DNA from: Phoronis australis
Taxonomy: Eukaryota; Animalia; Phoronida
Reading direction: 5' to 3'
NCBI GenBank assembly: GCA_002633005.1
Contig: NMRA01000165.1
Span: 377,541-441,540, forward strand
Length of the DNA: 64,000 bases
The position numbers and the translations under genes were made by a program. Each line of letters begins with the position of its first letter. The first letter of the stretch is position 1. The notes under the pieces were generated by a model that did not search any database, was not told the DNA's origin, and worked only from the letters and a program-made list of their open reading frames with translations. Positions 39,263 to 52,072 of this stretch are shown here, piece by piece.

Positions 39263-39475
39263 TTGCAAACCATGGTGATCAAGTCAAATTGCACAGTGCA
39301 GACTGTGGTGATCAAGTCAAATTGCACAGTGCATAACATGGTGATCAGTGCAAACCATGGTGATCAAGTCAAATTGCACAGTGCAAACCATGGTGATCAA
39401 GTCAAATTGCACAGTGCAGACCATGGTCATCAAGTCAAATTTGCAGTGTGGACCATGGTCATCAAGTCAAATTTT
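39263..39475. repeat. 33-bp minisatellite, about 6 units plus one truncated unit
   Basis: Unit GTGCAAACCATGGTGATCAAGTCAAATTGCACA. Confidence 0.9.
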
Positions 39476-39828
39476 CTTCAAGTCCCACACAGTGGTGATT
39501 AGGTGAGATTGATACTTACTTCAAACTAATAAAGCAAGTTGACAATGGTGAATCTTTTGGTTGAAGCAATCAATGAGCTCCAGTGGTCCACGATTCAGTT
39601 TTGTCATGTGTAATTGCCATATCAAAAAAATAAAATAAAGGGTTTCACCAGTTCAAACATGATCCAATTGCTGTAGTTCAAAGATGGCCTTGCATTTGCT
39701 TTTATGTTAATTTTTGTCCACAAATTTGCTAAAATGTAATTCCATTTGTGTGCGTGATGTTATTCACATGTTATGCTGTGTAGGAGACTATTATAGAACA
39801 TTGCCCAGTTTACCTGTGCATGTTTCAG

Positions 39829-39963
39829 ACTGGTACCCAAGGTGATCAATGGTAGTATTGCGGGTATCGTGGGCGTCACCTGTGTCTTCCCTATTGACCT
39901 GGTCAAGACAAGACTCCAGAACCAACAGACTGGACCCAATGGGCAACGACTGTACAAGAACAT
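39829..39963 (+). CDS. SLC25A22: SLC25A22/18-like coding exon 2
   Basis: [32 protein letters not shown] contains the carrier signature PxDxxKxR. Acceptor tttcAG, donor AT|GTAAGT. Confidence 0.93.
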
Positions 39964-41749
39964 GTAAGTACAATGTGGTTAATCACTGCTGCTATCAGTT
40001 ACTGGATATTTAGTCCTGCTCCCAATATCGCTGATGAAATGGTGTCCACAAAACAGGTTTATGTCCATAGTGTAGGGAGAAAGTTAAACATGATGAGCTA
40101 TAGTACATGGGCATTCCTTAAAAATAATGAAAATCCTGGAGGCCTTCATGTGGAGAATTTCTTGGCTTACACTGATCATGGCTTTTGATTGTATCCTTAA
40201 GCCCCAGACAACTTTTATGATGCCTATTCAACACGCCCTTTGTATTGATGTAGTATGAGCTAATGAAGTGGAAAGGTAATAGCTAGGGCTACTTTCTTAA
40301 CACTGGTGGTTGTTATTACACCCAAATTGGTTTTCTCTGGCATTTGGACAGACTTAAAGCCTGAAAATTCCAGAGTAGTTTTAACTTGGTACATTTTAAA
40401 TGTTACAAAGTTAATTTGGGTTGATCTTGACAAAGGACCACTTCCCAAAGGAACATTGGTTTTAAATATGTTTCATACCTATTTTCATTACTTTATTTTT
40501 AATACTCCTGTCTACTTGTTTTTTTCTTACTGGTTATGGTTGCTATCTTTTTATTTTGTTTTTAACCGAAGTATCAAAACAACTTAGAAGTCAGTTAATT
40601 CTGAACCCATCCCTGAATGATTATAGCTACACCAAACATGTCACAGCAAACAAAACTACCCATGTCATTAGTTCAAGTTCAATCTTCATTAAAACTGAAA
40701 TCAAAAATATATGCAAAAGTGTAAATATGGTGATAGCCACATTGAAGATTTTGAACCTCGATGAACTATTAAGCTAAAAACTATGAACATTGGGTACGAT
40801 TGAAGATAAACGACTGTGCGTATTGATATACTCGGTGGATTTACAAACGTTGATCAGAGTTAATAGTATCACGTGGTTTATTCTAAATTGAAACATCTAT
40901 AAACAACACACAGTGACTTTCATGTAACCCTATTATTCACGGCATGTATTGTAACAGTTATTGAGTCAGCACCTTTTTATGTAAAACTTATCCACTGGCA
41001 TATATCTGATCTTTAAATGCGTTGTTAAAAATATGACCTTATAAGCAAATAGAATGTCAGAAATATATAACTCGTCGTTGGTTTTAGCGTACGCTGCAAT
41101 GGCTCATAATTTTAATGATTTTTGATGGTTTCTAAATTGCACAAACCAGTGTTTATTTTGTAAAACAAAATAGAATCAATTTTACTCCATAATGTTTGTC
41201 GTCCATGTTGAGATTTAGCTTTACCATTATGTTAATTTGGTACATTGCACTACTCTATCAGTTACTGATCCATATCACAGGGTCTCAATTTCCCCAGTTC
41301 CTGCACATTATTCAAGAACTCCCTCATGTCAAACTAAGTGCTCTTGTCTTGTTGGATTCATGTATTATTGATGAGTCTATTCTCAAATACTGTCAGCGAA
41401 CAAAACTAATTGGCACTGTAAAGTCTTTCATCTTGTTCCATTGTGATAAAAGACTTTCAGCAACAACTGTGAATTTTAGATTTAAAGCACAGACTGTAAC
41501 ATTTTAAGCATTTATGTAGGTTTGGAATGGTTGATTAACACCCTTTATTAAAATAGATTGCGTAAACATCTACAGGTATGTCTTTTTAATGAGGGACATC
41601 TAGAAGGTAATTTTACAATCTAGAAAACAATTAAATTTATGCTGTAAAGCAAGTTTCACACAATCCAACTTGGAAGTACTGCATGTTGTTGGCCAAATTT
41701 GCCCTGTACGCAGTGCATTTGATCAAGATGTTTAGACGTGTTTGGACGT

Positions 41750-41960
41750 TCTGAAAACTACCTGGATGTGATGGGGGCCTTATGGGAATTGAAGGCCTCC
41801 AGTGCACTCCTACTCTTGTGGGCAGCAGTTTTCAGATCCATCCGCATGTCTCTGATCTTTGACCTCTCCCTACTCCTATTCTTCCTCTGGCTGTTTTGAC
41901 CTTTCCCCATCCTGCTTTCTCTTAGCTGACCCTCTAAAACTACCTGCGCACTCAACCAAA
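41750..41960 (-). mobile_element. Possible 3' remnant of an RTE-type LINE ORF
   Basis: VLEGQLRESRMGKGQNSQRK...KIRDMRMD resembles RTE C-terminal VLEG...R.RGRP...W; GC-richer than its surroundings. Similarity is weak. Confidence 0.35.
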
Positions 41961-42645
41961 GTCAGTGGAATCCATTCTCTTTGTGCTGTCGGACTTATTT
42001 AGGCAATTCTTCACTATTATCAGGCAATATAGCTGACAAGTGAATTCTTTTTGTAAAATCTCTCCAAAGTAATAAATATTAAAGAAAATATAGTTTTTAT
42101 TAACATGGTTTGTACTGTGTAGTTGCCATAAAACAACTTTTGGTAAACTGAATTTCCATTATTTGCAGCAAAATAATCGGCTTGTGGAAAATGGATTGCT
42201 GACAATTTGGCAATTATTTTCCTTTGCAAAATAAGTGATGAATTACTGTACCAGCTTGCACAATCACAAACATTTTAAGTTTTCTTCACCAATCTCCTTT
42301 AAATATGTTTGTCAGATTCCTCCCATGGCACAGGTGCCTGTATTATAGTTTTGATGTGTAAATTTTCCCCAGGCCAATAATCAAGGGTCTTTGCAGTCTT
42401 TGAGCTTTTATAATCTCCTTTAATCTCATACATTTCTGGTTTGAGATGCTTGCCACATTGGTCTTACAGTTCAGATCGATGTAAACCATCACTTAGAGGG
42501 ACTTCATTAAATAAATAACTCTTAGTTGAATAAAGTGCACTAAGCAATTTCTTCATTTTCCTAATGCTGTCTTAAATTAGTTTCAAGGCTAATGGCTAGT
42601 TTAAGATGCAGCATGGTGAAATTTCAATAGGAAAGTTGTATATAC

Positions 42646-42909
42646 CATGTGTGCACCCAGCCTGAGAAGTAGGGGGACTCGAATTTTTGAGAATGTGGAC
42701 CTTTTACTAAGTTTCGCGGGGTACATTCAGAGGTATGAATTGTGCATTTGCTGAATTTTGGTAGTTCCTGCCTTTTTAGTGGAATTTTGTCTCGTTTTCT
42801 ACTTTTTCTTGAAATTTTTGTTTCTCTGAGGAGGACTTTTTGGTTCACTTCGCCAAATGGGGGGGGGCTTGTTCGAGCCTCTCCCGAGCTCCCCCTGAGT
42901 GCGCGCATG
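42646..42909. mobile_element. MITE with CATG(C/T)G(C/T)GCAC TIRs
   Basis: CATGTGTGCACCCAG ... CTGAGTGCGCGCATG; flanks TATAC/CATAC. Confidence 0.6.
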
Positions 42910-43826
42910 CATACTTGTTCAAACGTCAACAGTATGCTAGTTCTTTCGTAAAATGGTGAAGTCAGTTAGACTAGTCTTGTGCACACTATTTTACATCCAC
43001 TCTGTTGTTCAAATACTGTGCACAAAAATGCCACAATAGGTTGTCTTCATACATTATAGATGATCAACACAGCTATCTGGTCTCTTGCTTTATTTCTTTA
43101 TTAGAGTGGTAGAAATCAATGGTGACCATCAATAATACATATACACGCATAAGCTTTGAGTACTTTTCATCTCCGTGTGAATGTTTCGCCATCAAGAGAC
43201 ATTAATTTCGAATTAATAATAAAACCTGTTTATCATTATATGAGTTATGCAATGATTTTTCATGAAAACTGCAACTATTGCCATCCTGATACAGACACAT
43301 AATGAAATAATGTGACAAATATAGTGCAATATCAAACTAGGAAATTTTTAACAGTTTATTACAGGTCACTAATAATACTAGAACACAATTGTAGACTCTT
43401 CAATTGTAGTCAGCCTTTTAGTTAGGTTAACAGATTGTGTTAAGTCCGGTTTACACTTCAAAAGTTGACACGGATCAGCTGAGTTGTTCCAGTGTGTAAA
43501 CGGACTGACACAGAGCAAATTGACACCGCGGTGACAAATTTTTGCCACCCGTTTGTGAGGTAGAGCAATTTGCGCCCAGACATCTTGCTCCGTCTCAATT
43601 ATATGTCTAAACGTGAAAATAGAGTGAAGTTAATGATTAAGTGTAAGGACAGGTGACAAATACAGAAATTTAATTTTCAGAGTTATTATCCCTGTCTGTA
43701 AAGTTCAATTATCATCATTATAATCACTCTACAATTTATTGCCAGTGTTACTTGTATCTCTGTACTTTTCACTTGATAACTACGGTACTGTATTCATTGT
43801 TTGATTCTCCTATGCATTATCTGCAG

Positions 43827-43882
43827 GTTTGACTGTGCCCTCAAGACATTCAAGGGTGAAGGCCTGCTGGGAATGTATAGAG
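43827..43882 (+). CDS. SLC25A22: SLC25A22/18-like coding exon 3
   Basis: (M)FDCALKTFKGEGLLGMYR(G). Acceptor ctgcAG, donor G|GTAACT; phase 2 to 1. Confidence 0.9.
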
Positions 43883-44867
43883 GTAACTTGTGGTGGTTGT
43901 GCTATTGTTTTCCATTAGGTGTATCTTGTTGGTACATGTACAGGGGCAGCAAGTTGTATTTTGGTGGTGGGTTTTCGTGGGGTGAGTTCCCTAACGCAGG
44001 TACAGTAAAAATAAAACACCAGTTTCATTACAAAGTTGATCTTTTTTATTTTCAAAAACTACGGTAAAAATTCTCAAACTCAGAGCTTGTCTAAAATTCT
44101 AGAAATAGGCAATATTTGCTATCCCAAATTCAAGAATCACCGGAAAGATGGCAAAATTATGCAATATGTAGATTGAAAACACATTGTCCAAAATTTGAGA
44201 AATAAGGTGAACGCCAAAATTGCCCTTGTCCCAAATTCCAGAATCAAGAAAATTTAGTTTTTGCAGGAGTTTCTATGTTCCGGAGAATTTTTACGGTTGT
44301 TTAATTATTGTGAATGCCAACAATTTCTCAGAAAATCTGATGGTTGTGAGATGTGGTACAGCTGCATTTGAAAATGATGAAGTATTTGTATTTGGTGCTG
44401 CTACTATTTCTTAACTTTAGTCCATCATAATTGTATCCTAATTTGGTGAGATTATATCACAATTTGTGGTTGTTGCTAGCGTTGCTGAGCAACCAAATGT
44501 TCTGCAAGGTGACACACCAAACCTGCAGTGACCTGACTTATTCAGTAGCTCATCCCTATTTCTTAATTCCCATTGGCTATCAGTTTAACCACATTAATTT
44601 TGAAACATGATAAGTTTACCCCTCTGAATTTTCAGGTGGTCTCTCAGTGTATCAAAGAGTCATTGGTGAGAGATGACCAGCTACTGAGCAGGTCAATATA
44701 TATTGTTTGTGGCTTAGCAATAAATAAATCTGCCTATAAACAGTGTATGCCTGTCAAACTTGCAAGTTTGAAGAAGATTAATAAGGGCAACTTGCCATGG
44801 CATTACTGTTGAATATTGAAAAATGATTTGGACATATTTTTGTAGTAGGGTCCTGCATAATCTAAGT

Positions 44868-44884
44868 CACACACACGCACACGC

Positions 44885-44917
<33 letters not shown>
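44868..44917. repeat. (CA)n/(CACACG)n microsatellite
   Basis: Seen directly. Confidence 0.95.
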
Positions 44918-47900
44918 TCCTAGTAGCTGGTTATCTGTTTCTAATACCTGGGATGCCATGTATTTCAATATCCAGAAAAAAATTAATGGGATTAATTCCA
45001 CATATAGTTGTGTCCCCAAGGACTTCTGTTGACTATACAAATACTGTCTGGTACTTTTGTAAAAATTCAGAACACTTGGGAAGCTATCTTGATAACAGCC
45101 ATGTCTGTGCGGTAGGGGGGCCAGACAGTGCAATACTCCGCATGTGCCAACGGCAGTGATTTTCTAATACATTGAAATGGTAATTGAGTAAACAAACAAT
45201 GGTAACTCATGAATAATATTTCTGGTATTAGTCTCAGAGATATTTAGTGGAATTCAGAATACTGGTAAATCCTGTCCCAATACAAAAAAAAAATCCTATT
45301 AAGCGATTACTTCCTCTAAATTTCACATGGGAATGACAGTAATGGTTCAGTGATACACTCACCACCAGATAAAATTGGAGATGCCGGGGTAATCTTACCA
45401 TGTTTCAACATTACAAGCATGGAGGTCCACTTGCCTAGTAACATCAGTATGTTATGTCAGGTGGTAAAATGTTGGTTGGTGTCAAAAACATTGTCATGGA
45501 TTTGGTGTTCATAGAAAGTCAGTAATTGCAGTGCTTACAGTGTGCACCTAGTCTCATTTGAGTATTCACAGGTTCATAGCTAGACTTAGACTTTAGACTT
45601 TCTTCTCTTTTCAGTTGCATTTTTGAGATTTTTTTATAAGTTCATGTTTTTTTAGCAGCCACGTTTGTTGTATTTTTATTCTGTCAAGAGGAAATTGGAA
45701 TGTAATTCAATGAAAGCAGCTATCTTATGACTAAGCTGCATTTGCTCCGTTTAGCTGGCTAAAACGAAAACCAGATTAGGTGGTTTACTTTCACCCCAGA
45801 GTATCCAGCGAAGTCCTCGCCACATCAAATGCTTGATGGAGCCATCACGGATTGAAGTCAGCTAGTCGCTATTCATGGACTTGGCTGAACGCGGTGCTGG
45901 ATGAGATAATAGCAGTTGTAAATGAATACACCTGTTTATCATTCGAGTTTCAAAGTTAAAAAAACAAACAATAAGTAAGGCAAACAACCAACATGACTGT
46001 TTAAGAAACTGAAAGTAAATAGTAGCCGTCTTTGAATTTTTAAAATTGAGCCTTTATAAGAGAAATTAGCGAATATATTTTCTTCAGAGTTGTGGCTAAG
46101 CCACGAGCATTAATTTGTAAGTTGATTATCTTGACGTGTTAGTAACAGTCTGGCTTTGGGGTAACAATTAACCCAAAGTGTCAGTGGGAGTTGTCTTATA
46201 AAAAGTCATCTCGTAATACTCCTCATGTTACATTGGAAATGCACGCAATCATCATGAAGTTGTCACAACTCTGAATCCCACAAATGCCTTATTGTTAACT
46301 TATACACATGATTGTACAAACTTGATCTGCTGGACAGGTGTTCTTACACTTTGACCATAGGCAATTGGTAAACCTTACCTGCGGGGGTGACATAAACTGT
46401 CCATTCTGTGTCATTCCATACAACTTTACGTAGTAGTCATACTGGTCGAGTTCAGCAGACTTTTAAAGAAATTTTCAAACTTGTTACAAACTTTTGACAT
46501 CAGAAATTTGGCCCATTTCACGCCATCTTATAGATTTATAGGCTTATAAGAGCCTGGCGTCACCAATAGTGCTTACCAAGACCACTGACCTAAGTTCATT
46601 TGTGTGAAGCTGGTTCCTTATCACATCAGCGGTGACTTTAATGAAATAAAACACTGGCTGAAATATATTGCAATATCGTACATTGAAACTTTGAAGCACC
46701 ATAATGAAAACGATAATTACAACTTCAGGTGCAAAGAATAAAATTAAATTTCTGTATGAAATTGACTTTCAGTCTATTCAATTGGTTTTGTTGTTTTAGT
46801 TGTACTACTAGTAGCTGTGTTCTCTAAACACAAGAGGACAGTACATGCCTGTTGTAAAGTGCCAATAAGTAAAGATAAACATTAGCCATGCTGAATTACC
46901 TGTGGCATGTTGTGATCATGCAGGTTTTAAGGGTATATATGTAATTTGCATAGTGACTGTGGAAATTACTGGACCCTCATGATGGAGAAGATCATTTGCA
47001 TAGAAAATTATGTGATTATTGAAATACTGATTTAGTTTGAACACGGACCATTGGCGGCACAAAAAATCAGCAACAAGCTAGTTTAGTTACAACATGACAT
47101 ACCAAGTTTACTACCCACTGTCTGCTTCACCTCCGATAATGTACGTGATTGGACGTGGACAACTTGAATTTTAACTTGTCTTCTTTCAAAGCTTGAATTG
47201 TTTTTTCCGGCATGCAAAATCAAAATATACACCCGTCATTGAAAGGCACGTATGTACCAGTGTTGGTGATTGTGACTTCTTGAATCAATGTTGTTGAATA
47301 AAAATAGAATTACATGGCTTTTGCATTGATAGAAAAAGACATCATCATAAATATGTTGATGTCATATCTCTGGCTGTCAGTCAGGTCTGCTAATAATTAC
47401 ATGGGAGTGTCACGGTGGAGTATGGTACCGCTCTACATATTCTTACAAAATTAAACAATCGTTTTTTCAAGAGGCGAGAGTGAACAAAATAAGTAGAATG
47501 GTCAAAAATATTGTAAGCCCAATGTACACAATGAATAGAAAGTTTTAAAAAATTGTAGGTTGTATTTTGGCTTCTCAGGTATTGTACTTTTTTCATTGTT
47601 ACTGTGTCGAGCAATGTAAATTATCCACATGGTGTGATAAATTATGGTGCATTGTATACATAGTTTTGTATGAAGTAACAGTGCCAGTCATTGCACCATG
47701 TTTGAATTAACAGAAACTTAAGGTAAAATAGTGTTGTTGTTAACTAATTTGGGTGTGCTAAAAATTAGAATGTGCGAAGTTGTAGATTTTGGTTACCACT
47801 GGCAGTCAGGGGTCTGTTACACCCAATGGGCATTCTGGAACATGCTGCTTTGTTAAAATTACTTTTTTCTTTAAAAAATCTAAGGATTCATGCTTTTGTT

Positions 47901-49350
47901 AGAACACAATTGTAGCAAGAGAACTCCTCAGAAAAGAGAATTAGAGTCTAATTTGCTGCGCAAACTCTCGAAAATGGGGATTTCAAGGACATTATGTAAA
48001 TGCTGTCTGATAACCATCACAGAGAAAGCCCTGTGACTGGGTCACGGACTGTCAAACATTGAGTTTAGTGTCTTCCATGCTGTAATTTTTTTACATTTCT
48101 CCTATGTTTGACATTTGATGTCACCAACACTATGTGTTGTTATCTCTGAGGACTATGAATGTCATCTGTCACTACTAATTTTTGTCTTCTAAGGTATTTT
48201 TTTGTGTTCAACTATGTCTCATGTCAAGCTGTTCATCATTGAACACTGCACATTGTTGTGTCTTCCTTCGTTCAAGTAAGGTGTTTTATATACTTGACTA
48301 CATCACATTTCGGCTGTTCCGTTGAACATTGTGCATTGTTGTGTCTTCATTTATTCTCATTGCAGAGCCACGTTGACTCTCTGCTCACTGCTGCCTCACT
48401 TTGCTGAGCCCCGGGTAATGGATGACATAATGTTCTTCACCTGTCTTTCCTGTAATCACTCTTTTCCAGCTGAGTTATGCATCAGTCATAATGAGATTTA
48501 CATCCATTTGCTTCTCTCAAAATCTTTTATGAACTACAACCATTTATAATTTTCACCTGAAATTGCACAATGTACGGGGTTGCACATTTCACTTTTTGTG
48601 TGTGGTAAATATTCTCTAAATTCACACAAAATATTAAGGGCCAATCTAAAGAAATAAAAATGCCAGGCATGTGTGACGATTCTGCAAACTTACAAATTAA
48701 TGCACTTCTTGGGGTTGTGGCAATTGAAGTCAGACAACAAGTTTCTTCAGAAGAACATTTGAACGGGCTTCAGGTTTCTTGTAGATTCTTTTGGTTAGCA
48801 ATAAAAATCCTACTAATCCTTTGTGTGCCAATTAAACTGAAAATAAAAGGCAGAATTTTCCATTTACCTAACACTTTTCTACATTGCAAACTAACACAGC
48901 GCAGGTGTCAGTGTCTACTCTGAGAATTTGAAGTGGTGCACTTTAACACCCTTATGATGACATGCCATCCATTTTTGAGGTGGCGCATGCCAATGAACCC
49001 AGTGTTGAAATAGAAATCGATGTCAATTTAAGTTGTCTAACGGTGCCTAAAGAAGGCTTTCTTTTGTGACATGGTACATGGAGTGGTTTCTGGTGGTTCC
49101 TTCTTGCCGCAAATTCGAGTTGAATCGAGAGCTGTCACAGCATCTTGCGCTGAGTATATTTGCACCGTGTCATATTCGATGTGCGTATTCACCTAAGTCA
49201 ACCAACTTTGAGTGTGAAAAATGAAATAATTGTGCTAAATCAGAGCAATTATCATTTCACCTGTTAAGTCTTGTATCTAAGCACACAAAAGAATGTCCCA
49301 TTGCTAGGACCTTCCTTCTATTAGTGACTAAACAAGTGTCTCTATTGCAG

Positions 49351-49441
49351 GGTCAGGTATCAACCTGCTGCTGATTACACCAGAGAAAGCCATCAAGCTA
49401 GTGGGCAATGATTTCTTCCGTCATATACTGCACACTGAAGG
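49351..49441 (+). CDS. SLC25A22: SLC25A22/18-like coding exon 4
   Basis: [24 protein letters not shown] carries the glutamate-carrier PEKAIKL motif. Acceptor ttgcAG, donor GG|GTGAAT. Confidence 0.93.
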
Positions 49442-50667
49442 GTGAATGTACCTTACTTTATTCACTAGTAAAAGTCATTAGTAAATGCACATGTCTTTTT
49501 TATATTGAACTTTTGCTCAGTCAAACTGCATTTACAACAGTCTAGTTTATCCTGGTTTATCGTGCTCGCTAATTACCTCGCCAATTTTGCACAAACGTAG
49601 TAATTTTCCTTGATTTTTCTAAGTGTTCTAACCTTGCTGTGAATGCTGACAGTTTTTTGAAAGTAAAAGACTATTCTTGGTAGCTAATGGTACTGAAGTT
49701 AAATATGGCAAAGCATTTTTTGTGGCTACATTAAACAAGAATGCAAAATTTCAAGTGTTTGTTGAGACAATTGGTGGTATTTTCCCGTTTTGCAACTTAA
49801 TTCTTCAAGTCTCAATCCAAATAGTTTGTATACAAGCTGAGTTGTTTAGTAAAAGCATACCCACAGTCTACAGTTTACCCATGATTGACACCTTTCCAAT
49901 ATTCGTTGAATCAACAAGACAACCAGTTACCTTAAATTCCACAGTTTACGTCTCGGAGTGGTAACAGCCTACACTACGCCATCTTGTCTTGTTTGCTGAA
50001 CTGTATATGCGCAAAATCTTGCTTTGTGAAAGCAGTTAATAACTTGAAATAGCAGAGGAAGCAGAGATATGAGCAGTTTCCGCTTTCGAGAATTTTATGT
50101 GACACAGAAATGTACATCAGTTGAATAGTGCTAGAAATTCTTAAGTTCAATTAAAATGAATTACCACTTGTCAGGAAATAATGGTGTCAAACTACCCTTT
50201 TTCATGAGCTAAGGAGTCAGTGTCTTCTATCACGAGTAAAATTTTAGCTTCTAGGTCCATATTTCTCTTAGATGACATGAGAAAGCTCAGGAAAATGTGT
50301 TTTTCACATTGTGTGGGCTTTTGCGAAACTGCTTCATAATTTATATGTGAGTACAAAATTATGTGAAAAGGTGTTGTGGTTGTGGTCACATTTAATGCTA
50401 CGGCAAACTTCAGTACTTACACTGTACATTTTTGAAAATTTCCATGTGATATGTTGTAATGTGATTAAACTGCAACAGTTATGTAGTTATGTCTCATTTC
50501 CTAATTATTATTCATTATCCTATGGCTCGCAGTGTTTTATTGCATCAATATGTCAATACAATCAGGATTAATTTTCTATTAGCTACATGTAAAACAGGAT
50601 AAGCTGTTCTGATTTATTTGCAATGTAAAATTAGGTCAAATTCTGTCTTGTGCTGCTTTTCCTGTGT

Positions 50668-51245
50668 CTCGCTGGTTCCCTGCGTGCCGCTAGGTGGGGC
50701 GGTAGCCGCGCCAGCACGCAGGTATCACTTAAATTTCCTCTGTAAATTTTTTTACACCGGCGTTTCTGATTGGCTAGTCGATTCGTCAACAGGCAGCGCT
50801 TTGCGCAAACAAACTGGCATGGCTGATGGACTCTGTGGAGTGTAAATGTGGTCTGTTGTACAGACAAACCGGTGCTTAAAATTATGTTCAGGAAATGTGA
50901 AGCCTAGAAATTGTGATTGAGCCTTTTCGGAATGCATCTTTCTACTGTCGATGACTTTTGTTTACGATAGTGTCTTTATACAGTATGAATAACACACCGT
51001 AATATGTGTTTATTGTGCATGTATGTGCTTCAAGCACGCGGCTATTAAACATCACTGCACAAACGAAATAGTTGCTGCGACGCCACTTGCATGACAAGGC
51101 TAAAATCATTCACAGTCTGCCATTTTTTCCACGGTGTTGTAAAGCTAACCAATGACTGCCAAGATTACATCGACCAATGCTAAAGCGCTTGCCACTGCGT
51201 GATACCTGCGTGCTGGCTGGGCTAAGCACGCAGGGAACCAGCGAG
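50668..51245. mobile_element. Non-autonomous DNA transposon with 9-bp TSD (Mutator-like)
   Basis: TSD TTCCTGTGT at 50659-50667 and 51246-51254. TIR CTCGCTGGTTCCCTGCGTG...GCCAGCACGCAGGTATCAC is mirrored at the right end. Confidence 0.85.
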
Positions 51246-51632
51246 TTCCTGTGTTTGTAGTCTGGGGTTGACCTCTAATTTTCTTGAATTTGTGTTTGAA
51301 AAAAGTAAAGTACACTGCAGCTGTGGAGAACTGTGTGTTGGTCATGATTTTGAAAGAATGTGAGACGTTCACAGAGATGAAAGTGCAGTGCCATTTAAAT
51401 CTGTTTAAAGATGATTCCATTGCAGGTAGTCGTTTGTAATTATGCAATTTTGTGTGATTTTGAGCAGAATCTGTCTATGAAGAGCCTAGAAAATGGACTG
51501 ACTGACGGGCAATGAGACTACTTCGCATAAAACCAAGTTATAATAACACCCTAATGAACAGCTGATTGTAATGAAATTATGATATCATGTCATAAAGAGA
51601 ATTCCCATCTGTGAGCTTGTATGAGGTCAATG

Positions 51633-51915
51633 CATTATGGCGTTTTCCCCCTTGATCCCAACTTGTTGGATTCTATAGCTCAACAACAACTTAAAGTTAC
51701 GACAATCTATTCTTTCCAAATGTACCAAGAATTTTTTCCTGGGTCTGACTGTGTTCACACCTAGTCTGTAATAAGCCTGGTAGATGATTGACCTGTCTGT
51801 TGTCATACCAGACAAAAGACTGTGCTTGGAAGTTAATACAGGAGCTAGATGCATGTTATAACATGCTCAAAACCCTTAGTCTGGTAAAGTCACTGAACTG
51901 GAGAACGCCATAATG
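51633..51915. mobile_element. MITE copy B (same family as 4521-5063)
   Basis: TIRs CATTATGGCGTTTTCC / GGAGAACGCCATAATG; the interior is reverse-complementary to copy A. Confidence 0.7.
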
Positions 51916-51953
51916 GGTACTTTAAAAACTGACCAATCATCTGTTTCTCTTAG

Positions 51954-52072
51954 TCGTCGTCTCACACTGCCCCGAGAGATGGTTGCCGGAGCAGGAGCGG
52001 GGCTGTGTCAGATTATTATCACCACCCCCATGGAGCTATTGAAGATTCAGCTGCAGGATGCTGGCCGAACAG
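51954..52072 (+). CDS. SLC25A22: SLC25A22/18-like coding exon 5
   Basis: [38 protein letters not shown] (second signature motif). Acceptor ctcttAG, donor G|GTAAGG. Confidence 0.93.

Noticed and set aside
39263-39475. CRISPR-like array
   Set aside because: Units are contiguous with no unique spacers and the context is a eukaryotic intron; it is a minisatellite.
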